Below, one piece after another: positions 1-13,800 of a stretch of DNA of 64,000 bases. The translations under genes and the position numbers were made by a program. Position 1 is the first letter of the stretch. Every line of letters starts with the position of its first letter. The DNA is from a virus: the IMG/VR virus record IMGVR_UViG_3300029309_000001, positions 32,001 to 96,000 of that record, one strand, 5' to 3'. Under the pieces are notes generated by a model. It had not been told where the DNA came from. It saw nothing but the letters and a program-made list of their open reading frames with translations, and made no database searches.

Positions 1-1
1 T

Positions 2-1879
2 ACCAACCATCACATGAAAAGTTTGTGATTGCTCATGAACTTCATAACCTTTATTTTCTAATATTCTTTTGTATAGATTAGTTTGTATAGCATGTTGTTG
101 ACTTGTTGTAAATACTTTTTTATTAGGATCTTTTGAATCATAAAATATACTTCCTTCTGAGACAGGATAAACTACATCTGTATAACCAAAACTTTTACTT
201 GAATTTTTACTAGACTTTAAATCTATAATAGTAAGGGTACCATCAGGATGTATACGTAATAAATCAATCATACCTGCAATACCACTTTCTTTATCTGATA
301 CTATAACTTGTGGTATTAAAACACTACCATCTGCTTCTAAACCAAAAGTATAATTTTCTAATGCTGCATAAGCATCTCTAGCAGTTTTTTCATCTAATAC
401 ATTTAATTTAGGCATTTCTTCAAAAGGAATGTTCATAGTAATACTTTCTAATAAAGTATCAAAGTCATTTCCTAATAATCTATTTAATTCATAAAGACCT
501 TCTGTATCTGTAAGTTCTCCTTTTATTGCAGTAGTAACAGACTTATAAGTTATATCACTATCAGAAAGATTAATATATTTATGATTTTTTCTATCTAATA
601 TAACATTATCTGTACTTAATCCGTTTATATCAAACTTAGAATTTTCAACTACATTAAAGAAGTTATCTATAATCATTTTTTGTACATCATTAGATTTACC
701 TCTAACATAGTCTAGTACTTTTTTAGTATTAGGATCTAATGAATATCTTACTTGTGAATCTATTTTAGGATTAAATAATATTTGTAAATCTTCTGTATTT
801 AATAATTGAGCAATATCAGTTAGTTTAGAATTAGGTTTTATATCATTAACATTTAATCTTAATTGATCTCCTACAACATAATCTGCTACTTGTTGTACTA
901 AATTTAAAAACCATTTTAATAAATCTGCTAATTTAGATCTCCAATTTTGTGTAGGATTTTGTTCGTATTCTTGTTTAAAATGACGTGCTAATGATTGTGT
1001 TAACAATTCAATATCTCTATCTATTGGTGTAAAACCTCTACCATCTGTATATACATTATCTATTTCTTGTTTTAATAAAGGAAACATTTCTTTTGCTTCA
1101 TTTAATAAATTGTTATATAAAGTTGGATTATCTTGTTTTGCAGCAGCTACAAAAGGATGTAACATTTCTTCAATAGCTATTTCAGAAGTTACTCTACCTT
1201 GTATTAGTTTAACATTACCATCTTGAACATAAGAATTAATTTGATCAAAAGGAACTTTAGCTTTATGTTCAGAAGGTAAATTATTGTAATATGTTTTTGC
1301 TTCTGCTACAGTAACAGCATCTACATTAACAGTAGGAAATGTTCTTTGTAATTGTGATATAATATCTACAATATGTGTTTTATTTTTATTTACTGTTTCT
1401 TTTATTTCATCTAAATTTTCAAGATTTTTTTCATTTATATCTACTATAAATGTTTCAAAATATGTAGGGTTAGATCTATCTACATTATTTGATATTTTTC
1501 TAAATGTTACAGCTTCAAGAGGTATATTATTAAATTGTAATAATTTTAATACTTTATTATAATTTGTTTTTAATACAGCAGGACTAAAAGCTCTTGTAGC
1601 TGGATTACTATGATTTACTCTGTACTCACCATATATATTATGAATAATATTTTTTCTACTAAGATTTGCAAGAATAGATTTTTTATAATTCTTTTTATTT
1701 AAAGACATCATAGTCTTTCTTCTAGCTATTATGTTTTCAACATCTGCTACAGTAGGTATTTCATCTGATTGAGTAACTCTTTGATAGGTATCTATAAATC
1801 CATCAACAGTTAATTTGTTTTTGTATTTAGTTTCTAAAGCCTTATATTGAGGCGTATTTCTATTATAACAAGTAGCCAT
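2..1879 (-). CDS. Large virion-associated protein, N-terminal ~626 aa (runs off the window edge), with a degenerate zincin-like region and a PD-(D/E)XK nuclease-like domain
   Basis: Not in the ORF track. ATG at 1879 overlaps the upstream TAA (TAATG). Manual translation MATCYNRNTPQYKALETKY... is open to the edge. It contains IEEMLHPF (1157-1171; HExxH with the first His replaced) and GIAGMIDLL...TIIDLKSS...QHAIQTNLY (RecB/Cas4-like motif order). Confidence 0.8.
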   Translation of the reverse strand, partial: MATCYNRNTPQYKALETKYKNKLTVDGFIDTYQRVTQSDEIPTVADVENIIARRKTMMSLNKKNYKKSILANLSRKNIIHNIYGEYRVNHSNPATRAFSPAVLKTNYNKVLKLLQFNNIPLEAVTFRKISNNVDRSNPTYFETFIVDINEKNLENLDEIKETVNKNKTHIVDIISQLQRTFPTVNVDAVTVAEAKTYYNNLPSEHKAKVPFDQINSYVQDGNVKLIQGRVTSEIAIEEMLHPFVAAAKQDNPTLYNNLLNEAKEMFPLLKQEIDNVYTDGRGFTPIDRDIELLTQSLARHFKQEYEQNPTQNWRSKLADLLKWFLNLVQQVADYVVGDQLRLNVNDIKPNSKLTDIAQLLNTEDLQILFNPKIDSQVRYSLDPNTKKVLDYVRGKSNDVQKMIIDNFFNVVENSKFDINGLSTDNVILDRKNHKYINLSDSDITYKSVTTAIKGELTDTEGLYELNRLLGNDFDTLLESITMNIPFEEMPKLNVLDEKTARDAYAALENYTFGLEADGSVLIPQVIVSDKESGIAGMIDLLRIHPDGTLTIIDLKSSKNSSKSFGYTDVVYPVSEGSIFYDSKDPNKKVFTTSQQHAIQTNLYKRILENKGYEVHEQSQTFHVMVG

Positions 1880-4800
1880 TATTTACAATTATTTATTATT
1901 TCTATAAACCTTTCTGCTGTGCCGTCAAAGTTATTAAATTCTTCTAACAATCCTTCTAAGTTAGATCTTTTTGTTTGATTTAAAGCTTCATATCTATTTG
2001 TTGCAGGATCTGCCCACCAATCTCTAATCTTTTTTATTTCTGTATCAGACTTAGAAGACTTATCATTTTGTTTAGCATTTAACATATTTAATAACATGCT
2101 AGTAGCTGCTAATTGTTGATCCTGTATTTCTTGTGGTGCTTGATCTATATTAACATCAGTTACATCAGATTCTTTTTTAAGATCTGTATTTTCTAATGAT
2201 TTACCATCTATAGTTATCCCTTTATTAGTAGACTGTACATTTTCTCCTGTATTTACTGCTTGATCATATAAGTCTTGTATATTAGATAAATCTAATCCTG
2301 CTAGTTGTTCTTCAAGATCTTTTAAGTCAAGACCTGCAATAAGATTATCTACAGCATCAGATTTATATTTTTTCTTTAATGCATCATGAGTAGGAACTTC
2401 ACCATTAACAAATGCAACAGCTGTGTTTTGATTAGAACCTACTAGTTCTACAGGTGTATAAGTAGCTTGAAAACCTTTTACAATATTTTCTTCTCCTTCA
2501 AGCATGTTTAATATATCACCTGTCTGTGAAAATCTTTTTTCTCTATATACTTGATTTAATTCAAAATAATTAACGTATGTACTTCCAAATTGATCTTGAT
2601 ATTCATTTCTTAAATATAATGGTAAAATCATTTCTAAATAAACTCTACCTTGATCTTCTACTCTATTAAATTTAATTCCTATACTACTTAAATAGCTAGC
2701 ATTTGCTATAAGTTTTTTATACTCATTAGATTTTGTATTTACAAATATAGAAGCTCCTTTTCTTTGTAATTTAAACTTTTTACCTTTTACAACCTTTTGC
2801 CCTTTTTTATTTATAAATGAACTTACACCATTAAATATATTTAATTGTAAGTTACCATCTGAATCAATATGTGCAGCATTAGATGTATCTTTTGTAATAC
2901 GTCTTACTGTAGGTATTAAATAACCATTTTTATTAGCTTTTAAATAACCTTGTGTAAAATCATTATTTAATTCTTCTTGACTCATTCCAAATACAAGATT
3001 AGTATCTGATGCTGTATTTGATTTAAACATTTTATGACCAGTACTAATAGCTCTTAATACTTGATCAAACATAAAAGCAGGAACTGCAGATAAAAAAGTA
3101 TTTCTATCAAATTGCATACCATCTTTAACTAATAAGTAATGCATTAAGTTATATGCATGTTCTCTTAATGCTGGTATACTATATATTTCAGCAAAGCTTG
3201 CTTGTAGATCAACAGCTTTTGTATCAGACATTTTTGTCCAATTATTTCCTTTTAGTCTATTTAAACCAGCTTTATTGTTTTCATTTGATGCTAAATCTAA
3301 ATAAACAAATTTATCTATAAAGTAATTTTCTTGTCCTTTGCTAGCAAAATAATTACGTATACTACTAACAACTTCTTCTATAGTTAAAGTATTTTCTCCA
3401 CCTATATCATCATATATCATTCCGTTTTGTAATGATCCAAGTTTTTGTATACCATTAGGAGTATTCATTAAAAACTGTCTATAAGCTTTAATAGTTAAAT
3501 AACTAAGTATATCTTTTTCTATTTGTAATTTTCTTTTAGGATCTATTATCATAGAGTTATTAACCATGTTTGCTAATACAGTATCTTTTATTCTTTGGAA
3601 TGGTTTAGTTCTTGTAATAAATACTGCTGGTATTAAATCTTCTGTAAACTCTTTAAATATTTTATAATACGTAGCACGGAAATCATTTCCTTTTATAATA
3701 GGTCTAGCATCAAAAGGAACAGGAACTCCATCAGTTAAACTGTCATCTAAACCTTCAGTTATACTCATATAATTTTGATCAGTTAAATTTTTAAAATCAT
3801 TATTATTTAAATCTAAACCTAACTTTTTAAAATCAAGTGCTTTAGAATCTAAAGATTCCATGCTTTGACCAAATCCAGAAAGTAAATCAACTAAAGAACC
3901 TAAATAACCAACATAGTCTGATATTCTTTTTCCATTAATAATTTGTTGATTAATAGCATATTCAATAGAAGCATCTTTATCTGAATATTCTTCTGGTGTT
4001 TGTCCAGTAATATTTTTACCAAAACCTTGTGTTAATGGTTGTGTAGGATCTACCCAATCATTTTTAATTGCAGCTCTTAAAACTTGATCTGTAACAGGTT
4101 GTGTATTTATTTCATAATTTAATTGTAAAAATCTTTGTCTCTTTTTTAGAATAGATACAATACCAGGATCAGTTGGTTTTGATTTATTAAGTGCTAAATC
4201 ATATCCTAATTTGATTACAGGATTTTTAAGTATTAATATACTAGTTTCAAGAGGAACACCTAAAGATGTCCAAGATGCAACAATAGATAATGAACTTCTA
4301 TTTATTCCTAATACATCAGCCAATCTTTCTTTAGCATTATCTGTAGCCATTGTAATTAAAGCTGATATAGCATATTGTGTTCTTGTAGCTTTATCTTTAG
4401 GCTTACCATCTAAAGTATATGGTGTAGCAAAAGTATCAAAAGTTCTTCTGTTAAATCTAACTATACCAGTTGGACCCAAAGCTTCATTTCTTATTTTTAT
4501 ATTGTTTACACCTAGCATTGAAAGAACAACATTAGGACGAACAACTGCACCAATAGCTCCTTCACCAGTTTTAATACTTGCCCATGTTTCTACAAGACCT
4601 AATAAACTATCAGGATCAACATCTTCTGGATTAGCAAAATCTGCTATCTCAGGAAATTCTGCTTGTAATAAATCTCTTATTTCATATAAAGGTTCTAAAT
4701 TAGCAGGTTCATTCCCATAACCTATTTCTCTATTATCTATAGGTTTTACTACACCTTCATTTGCAACTAATGCTATTCTTTGATCTAATATATCATTGTT

Positions 4801-7800
4801 TATTGCAGCTTCATATGGTTCACCATTTTTAGCTACATAATCTTTATATTCTTTTAATGTAACAGGTAAACCTAAACTTTGAAGAGCACCATAAAGATCT
4901 TCGTTTTTATTATATAGTTTTACTATTTGTTCATCTGTAATTTGATCATTAAGTTGTATAATATAATTTATTACTCTTACATCATAAGCTTTATTAAACG
5001 CGTTTACATTAAGAGTTATTTGATTAGCTGTTTCTCTAGCCATATTATCTTGCATCATTTCTATTTCTTCTGCATCTAAAAATGGTGAATCTGTAGTTGA
5101 CCAATTAACAATAGCTTCATTTATAGGAGAACCTTTTTTATTTGCTTGAGAAATAACATATCTAATATAATCTACATATCTATCTTTTTCTGTAATACCT
5201 TTACCGTATTCTTGAAACTGTCCTTTCTTGTAATAGAATTCTTTTAATGCTGTATATAACTTATCAATATCAAAGTCAGCTCCAGATATTTCTATTAACT
5301 CTTTAGGGAACATTGCAGTAGATCCATAATATACAGGTAAAAAATCTACTAATCTTAAACTTATAGCAGAGTGTTTATCTTGAGATGGAATACGTATACC
5401 AAGTGCTTCTGCTACAACTTGAGGTATTGTATCTCCAGGTTTAATAAATTTTTGAACTTCCCTATGATGAGGAGCCATCATAAACTCACTATAATAAGTT
5501 TTTGTTTTAGGATCATATACATTATGTTGTAACTCTTGTAATATTACATCACCTATTTTAAGATCTACAAATTTATCATTTACAAATTTATCAACAGGTT
5601 TATATTTAGAAGGATTCTTTTTATATGCATCCATTCTAATTATTTCAGTTTCAAGAGGTTGTCCATTTTCATCTAATTTTTTAACTACTCTCATTACTTT
5701 TGATCCATAACTAGATGCTAATGCTAATGATACACCATGTTGTTTACCAGCTAATATACCTTTACTAAAGTATGCTAAAAATAATTGTTGAAATTTTTCT
5801 ATTGTAATAGGATTGTTTAAATCATACTTAGGGTTACCTGCCTCATCAAATGAAAAGAATTCTAACATTTGAGTTTTTGCTTGTGATGATTCTAATCCTG
5901 CCAATGCATAACGTAAAAATGATCTAAGATTAGGTGTTGTTTTTCCTAAATCTTTACTTTTACCTATTTCATCAAGAGCTGTACCCATATCAAATACTAA
6001 GTTTCTTCTATTTTTAAATCGTAATATAGTTTGTGCAGAAACAGATTTATTATATGCTTCTCTTACTTCACTTAGTTTTGTTGTTTTTCCATTTATAACA
6101 ACCTCTACATTATCAGATTGTTCACTTAAAACTAATTGTTTCATTTGACGTGGATCAACAATTTCTATTTTGTTAGATGGATTTACTACTTGTAATCTCA
6201 TAAACTTAGGATTTAATCCTGTGTCTATTTTTCTATCTCCATATTCTAATTGTAATTCTTCTATAGATTTGTTACTGTACATTTCATCTGCAGATATAAC
6301 ATTCTTTTTCATCATTTTAGAACCTGATGTAGGAATAGCTAAAGCTACAGTTTCTTTACCTTTTTCAAAATTTTCCATCTTCATTCTAAGGTTATGAAGT
6401 TCTTCCATTTGAGGTAAAGGTTGCCATTGTCCAAATCTATCTTTATATGATGTAAGTTCAGGAGTTAAAACAAAGAAAGACATTTTTAAATATGTTTGTC
6501 CATCTCCATATACAAACTTTTTAGAATTTATAAGAGCATTTAATTTTTTATAACCTTCAGTTCCTAATGCTACATTACCCCACATTTCATCTACACCAAT
6601 AGGTTCACCAGTTTGAATCTTATCTAAAAGATTAGCTTGTTCTATAGATAATCTACCTATACCAAAAAACATATATCTAAATGCTTTAACAGTACCAACC
6701 ATAAATGCATCTGTTTCATCAGTTGTTGTTCCAGCAAATTTATTTATAGATTGAGGATCATGATAAGTAAATAAACTGATACTATCATTACTATTAAATG
6801 TATGAGTAATACCTAAAGAAGGAGCTGTTAAAGCAGAAGCTGCATTAGGACCTGCTGCATTTTGCATTTTAGCTCTTTTACTTTCATCAGTAAATGAAGT
6901 AAATAAACGTGCATGATCACCTAATAATACATCATTCATAGATCTAGCATTTATAAATTGATGCATGTATATTTGTAATAAGTTATAATCTAAATCATTT
7001 TCTTTTAGATTAAATAATTTCATTGCCTCTCTACCTTTTTTAGTTACTTGATAAAATGACTTACCTCTTTTTCCTTTTTGAGGTCTTACCATTGTTCCTA
7101 AACCTTCTTTAATTTCTACACTTATTTTATCTAAAGCTTTTGTATTAGTTAACAAACGTCTAAAATCAAAAAAATCAACTAGCATTCTTTCTTCTATAAT
7201 GTCTTTTAATTTGTCTTCACCTATTCTTTCTACTGCTTGATCAAAATTTAAACCTTCTTTAGCAGCATTAATTAAAGTCTCTTCTATAAAATTGTCTGAC
7301 TCAAAGAATTCTACTTGTTGTTCTGTCCCTTCTGTTGTTTGAACTTCTTCAACACCTGTTTCTATATTAGCTTCTTCTGCTGTATCTGCTGTTATAAATT
7401 CATATGCATATAAATTTAAACCATTAAAAAATTTAGCATCTTCTAATCTTTGGAAATAATAAGTTGTATTATCTATTTTTGCTGTGTTTTGTTTTTTCTT
7501 TCCAGCAATAGGTTTTTTACTTACAGCATCTCCTAATTGATCAATGTAAGCTAAAGGATCTATGTTAGATACAGAAACTAAACCTCTATTTTTAACAACA
7601 ACGTTTGCATATTTAGTTTCATTATCAACTTTATATGGTAATAATACAGATGCTTGTTCACCTGCTGGTAAATTTATTTTAGCTTGAGCTTTACCTGATC
7701 TTAATATTATTTTTTGTTTGTTGTTAACAATATCATTAGCAGTTTGATTAGACATTTTAGGTGCTTGTATATCTACTAGTGCTTTAATTTTAGACTTTCT

Positions 7801-10800
7801 TTTAGTAATAAAACCTTTTGATCTTACAAATCTTTTACCTCTATGTCCAACTTCAACACCTTTTTTAATTTTACTTGTGTTAAATAATTCTATTGTATCT
7901 GTTTCAGCAGTATTAGGATCTAGTTCTTTCTTAACTCTATTATATTCTGATTGCAATAAATTATAAACTAAAGCGTTTAATGCTTTATCTGTAAGTTTTA
8001 AATCACCTGCATCATCTTGTTCTACAAATTTTTCAACTGGTAATGCTACAAAATCATTTGTACTAGCATCAGACATTACTTTTAAATCTATAGGTGCTTC
8101 AATATATTTATCATCTTTACCTGTCTCATTATTAAAGTAATCATTTAATGGAACCTCTTGATTTGTTCTATTGTATTTTTCTACATAAGAATTAATTACT
8201 ACTGCTGCAAATTCTGCAGAAGATGAATCACCAAATGATACACCTGCTTTTTGATTTATAGATAAACCTCTATTTTCAACAACAGTTCCAAATTCATTTT
8301 CATCTAACTGACCTTCTTTAGATCCAATAAATCTAGTTACTTTTAATTTACCTTCTCCAACTAAAGCTAAAAACTTATCATTGTTTAGTAAATAGTTTTT
8401 ATTAAAAAATGTATTTTCTTTTATTTTTGTTTGTGCCCAATCTTTAGCATTCATCTCTGCTACTTTAACTAAATGGAATGTAGGCATTTGATGAGCATAT
8501 ATAAAATTACCTTTTGAATCTCTAAATACTGTAGCTCCTACACTCTCATCAAAGAAAGAATTTGTATTAGCTAATTTTCTTAATCTACTTCTTACTCCTG
8601 TGCTTTCTGGTAATTCTTCTGCAGTATTTTGTTCTTGAATTTCATTTTCTGGTATATTAGTTTGATTATCTAAAAAAAGATTTTCACCTCTTGATATTGA
8701 ATTTCTTATTTCAGTAATATCTTCTGCAGAGATTGGATCAGCTCCAGCAGCTATTCCTAATTCAACAATAGCATCTTCCCATTTTTTTCTAATAGGTTTA
8801 TTAGAAAGCATACTATACTTTATAGTTTCTGCATTTATTTGTATTCCAAGCAAGTCATATAAATTTTTAGATGCATTTTTAGCTTCTTCATCTAATTTTT
8901 GTCTGCTTCTTTCTTTTGGATTTACTAATTTAGATCTAAATAAATTAAGAAAATCAACAGCTTTTTTATTACCAGCATTAGAAAGTAGTTGTGGATATAC
9001 TTGTTCAAAATGTTCTGACCATTGATCTAACTGCATATTTCCATCATCTTTTTTATTAGCAGCATAAATATATACAACACCTGTTTCTGCATCTTTGTGG
9101 TTCATCATATAATCAACTTTGAATTGATTAAAACCTTTAATAACTTTTTGTAAGAAATTAGGATTAGCAACTGCTGGTAATGTTTCTAAATCTAATAATT
9201 CACTAGGATCATTTATTCCTATTTCTTTAAATATATTATTAACAACAGCGGCTGTATGTACATTTGTAGAACTAAATGTAGCTAAAGCTTGTAACATTTG
9301 TAAATCAGTTGTTTTATTTGCTAAAGCTTTTAGTATACCATTGTATGCAAAATTATAATCAACAGTTGTTACAATAGGAATACCATCTAAAGTTTCTTTA
9401 TTACCAAATAAATCTTGTTCTTCTAATACTGTTGTAGCAATAAATTCTCTTAACATTTGTGGTAAAGAAGTATAACCACCTATTTGATTTGCAGTTTTAC
9501 CATATTCATCTACTCTTCTTACATTAGTTTCATCTAAATTTTCATGATCTTCAAAAGCTTCTTGCTCTAAATTAAATGTATTATCAAATGTACTTAAATA
9601 TTGACTAACATTTTCTGCAATAATATCTCTATTATCTTTTAAAGAATTGTAATATGATTTAAGTTTTCTTTTAATACTTTTATAAGCTAAACCATTTTGT
9701 TCTGATAAATAAAAATCTCTTCTTGGATTTAAAAGTTTTATATAATCAGATATAGCTTTATCTAATATTTCTTTTTTAGATAATGAAAGTAAGTCTCCTC
9801 TTTCTATATAACTTCTATATAATGAAGCAATAGTTGCAATCATTTTTCTTTGATCATTGGCAGTCATATATGTATTTGCTAATGATACAATTTCTTGTCC
9901 AGTAAATGGATCTACATAACTATAAGGATAACTATCTATAGGAATTACTTTAGGTGCAGCTGAAGTTGTACCATTCTCAACCATTTCTGATGTAAACCTA
10001 TTATTTTGTACTGATGCTGTTTTATATTTACCTGCATCAATATTTTCAAATAAAGTAGTTAATTCATTTTTAGTAAAGTTTTTAATAACGGCTTTAATCC
10101 ATTCTATAATTCTATTAAATAAACTTTTAACTTCAGAATTAGTTTTTGTACTTTTTGCATTAATTTTAAATTCTTCAAACTTATCTGCTAAATATTCTTC
10201 ATATAATCTTTCTTCTAATTGTTCTCTTGTTAAATTATTATAAATACTATGAGATGATTTAAGTTCATTAAGAGCTTGAGATAATGTTTTACCTTCAGAT
10301 CTTAACTGTACACGTTTTTCTTTTTTAGCTATAGCAAGATATTTTTTAATTTCAGCTTCAGACAATAACATTCTAAATACACCGTGAAAAGCTTCATGAT
10401 ATTTAAATGGTGTTTGTGCACCAACATATATATTTCCTTCTATATTATTTGCTAAACTATTTAATTCTAAAACAAACATACCTGCAGTTTTACCATTTCC
10501 TTTTAATCTAGCAGATAAATCTTGTATATCTTGTATTTGAATAAACTCTGGTAAATTAGTTTTTGCCCATGAAATAAAAGTATCAATTTTTTCAATATGT
10601 TCTTCACCAAATCTTATTTGATCTACAGTTTTTGGTGCAAGCTTCTTTTTAAGATCTTGTATCTGTCTATCATAATCTTTAAGTGTAAAATCATTATCTT
10701 CAGCTTCTTGTGCTGCTTTATTAGCTTCTCTTATTTGTTCTGGTGTAGCTTTAGATCTATCAGGAACAACATTATTAAATGCATCATTAAAAATTTTATC

Positions 10801-13800
10801 TGCATAATCTTCTCTTTGTTGTTCTAGTTCTTCAAGCTTTTCATATGTTTTTTTACTTTCTGATTTTTCAACAGATGTAGTAGCTGATGTTGAATCTACA
10901 TCTAAAGATGCTCCTTCTTCTATAACACCAGATTGATAAGTAAGTTTTAATAAATTAATAGATTCTCTTATATCAGGATTTTTTTTGTTTTGATATATAG
11001 TACGTTCTGCATTAGATAGATTTTCTCCTTTAGCTAATTTTCTTGCTATTAAAGTTATTGTTGCTTCTTCAACATTTTGATAATCATTTTTAAACAGCTC
11101 TCTCATATACTCTGGAGTAAGTTCAGGAGAATCCATTTCAGCATTTAACATTACTTGATCAGTATCATTAATAGCATCTTGAACATCTTTAGTTAAACCC
11201 TCTGGTAATACTGAACTATTAATAACATTATTAATTTGAGCTGAATCAGCAATAACTGCTTCTAATCTAATATTACTTCTTAATGGTTTTTGAAAATTAG
11301 TAAGAGTATTAGAAAGATCTTGTATTGTTGCTTCTTTAGGTATAGATTTTCTAAAGTTATCTTTATTTAATTTTAATTTAAGTTTAACATCTGTTGATGC
11401 TTCTTTAAATTTAATTTTATTATTTATTGCTTGTACAAATGCATTAAAAGGATTTGTATTTTCTTTAACCCCTTTTACATCGTTTTCATTAATTGTAAAA
11501 GTTTGTTTTAAAGGTTTTCCATTTTTATCTTTTCTTTTAGTACTTCTATAGATAACTTGTATATCACCTCTTGCTGTAACTTCTATATCAATAAATTCTC
11601 CAGACTTTCCAAATATATAAAACTCATCTTTTAGTTGTTCATTAAATGCAAAATTTCTTGTATCACTAACTACTTCATCTGCATCATTGATATTTTCTTG
11701 TATTGTTTCATCTTGAGTGTTAAGTATTTTTAACACCATATCATTTTGTTCTTCAGCAGTTAATTGATCTGCTTTTAATTCAACAAAAGTAAATGTTCCG
11801 TTATCTAATCTAGTTACTGCAACATATCTACTTAATGTATAAGCAGGATTATAACCTGTTTGTTCAGAAGCAGCTTCTGCTATAGCAGCTGTTTTATTGT
11901 ATAATTCATCATCAGTAATATTTGTAATAACACCACCTTTACCATCACTACGGTTATCTAAAATCCAAAAATTACCTTTATCATCTATTGTATTTTTAAC
12001 TAGTTCTGAAAATGTTGCTGCATTATCTTTAGTAGCATACATCATTTTACCAGGAGATACTCTTAAATTTAAACCTTTTATATTATTTACATTAACAACT
12101 ACTTCTGTTTCTCCTCCTAATAATTCTTTTAACTTATCATTTAATAAAATGCTGCTAGCATAATTATTTTTAATTATTTGTAATTGTTCTGCTTTAGTTC
12201 TTGTTTGAGTTTTAGTTGTATTATAAATTTCAAAATACTCATCTACTTGATCTTCTGTAAGATTTAAAGGATTAACTACATTTTTTAATGTATTATCTAA
12301 TAAAACAGCTCCTGTTGGCCCTTGTAAAAATCCTAGTATTTCTTCACCATTCATAACAGCAACAGTAAGTTCTTCACCACCTATTCTTAACTTAGGATTT
12401 TTAAATTCTGTAGTTCCTAATTCTGGTAAAGCTCCACCAGGAGTTTCTTTAAAACTTTCAAAATTTGCATTTCTAGAAACTTTAAGTTTTAAATCATTAA
12501 GTTGTTCAGGAGTTAATTCTTTTAACCTATCACTTAATCTAACTTCAGCATCTTGTGCACTTTCATTATCTTGTCTAAAAGCATACATTTTAATTGGTTC
12601 AGATTGTCTAAGCTTTAAAATGTTTTGTTCTTTTGTAGTAGCTTTCAAACTTGTAGTATCTAAAGGTCTATATAAACCTATATCATCTACTTGAAAACTT
12701 GTTTTTCTATCATTAGCAGTTTCTAATGGACGTAAATATAATTTACCACCTTTAGCAAATGATGTTGGTGTAGTTATTACTATAAACTGATTATCATTAT
12801 TATCAAGTAATATTTGTTTAAAATGTAAATCTTGTCCTTGAAATGTAAATGTACTGTTATCAGGGAGAAGACCTACAATAAATTTTTGAGCAGCTATAGC
12901 TTCTGCTTCTGTTAAATAATTATCTCTTAAAATTTTACCATTAGGATCTACACTTTTATATTGTTCATAAAGATTTGTCTTTAAATCATTACCAACTAAT
13001 TCATAATAAAAACTATCATCATCTTGACTTTGACCAGATACTAATTTTTTCATTATATTAACACCTTGTTCAGAAGATATTAATTCATCACCTGCTCTTT
13101 TAGCATCTTGTAAATTTTCTTCTGATACAGCGTCAGCATTTGTTATTACATAATCAGTATATGTACCTCCTTTAGAATTTATAATACTATATACTTCTGG
13201 AGATCTTTTATTTTCAAATAACCATGCATCAAAAGATTTTTCATTTCTTTGATCAGCAGTTAAATTAGTATTGTAATAATTTAATAATTCATTTCTTACT
13301 TCTTTTATTTGTTTAGCTTCTTTGCTGTTTTGCCATTCTTCCCAACTTAAAATTTTACCTTTTTGTCCTGTACTATTTTTAACATAATTTTTCCATTTAG
13401 AAATTAATACAGCATTTGTTTCTTCTGTTATAGTAGTTGGAGTTTCTACTGATCTAGCTAATTCATCAAACTGATCATTCTGTGTTATTTCATCTTCATT
13501 AAGTGCATCACCAGCTTCTACTGTAGATTCTGAAGCATCAGTTTTTTGCCAAGTTTTAATTAAGTTTTGTATAGTATCCCATTTTTCTCTATTATCTGTA
13601 GGGGTAACTTGTCCAGCTTCTGAATGAAATATAGTTGGTATTATACCTTCTTTAAAAAATAAAACAACTTGTTCTGCATCTGGATATACTCCTTGACCTG
13701 CTAATTGATTTATTAATTCATTCTTTTCTAAATCTGAAACATGTTTCTTTACAAGTTTTTCAACTCTTGCTTGATTAGTATCATACAGTGCTTTTAATCT

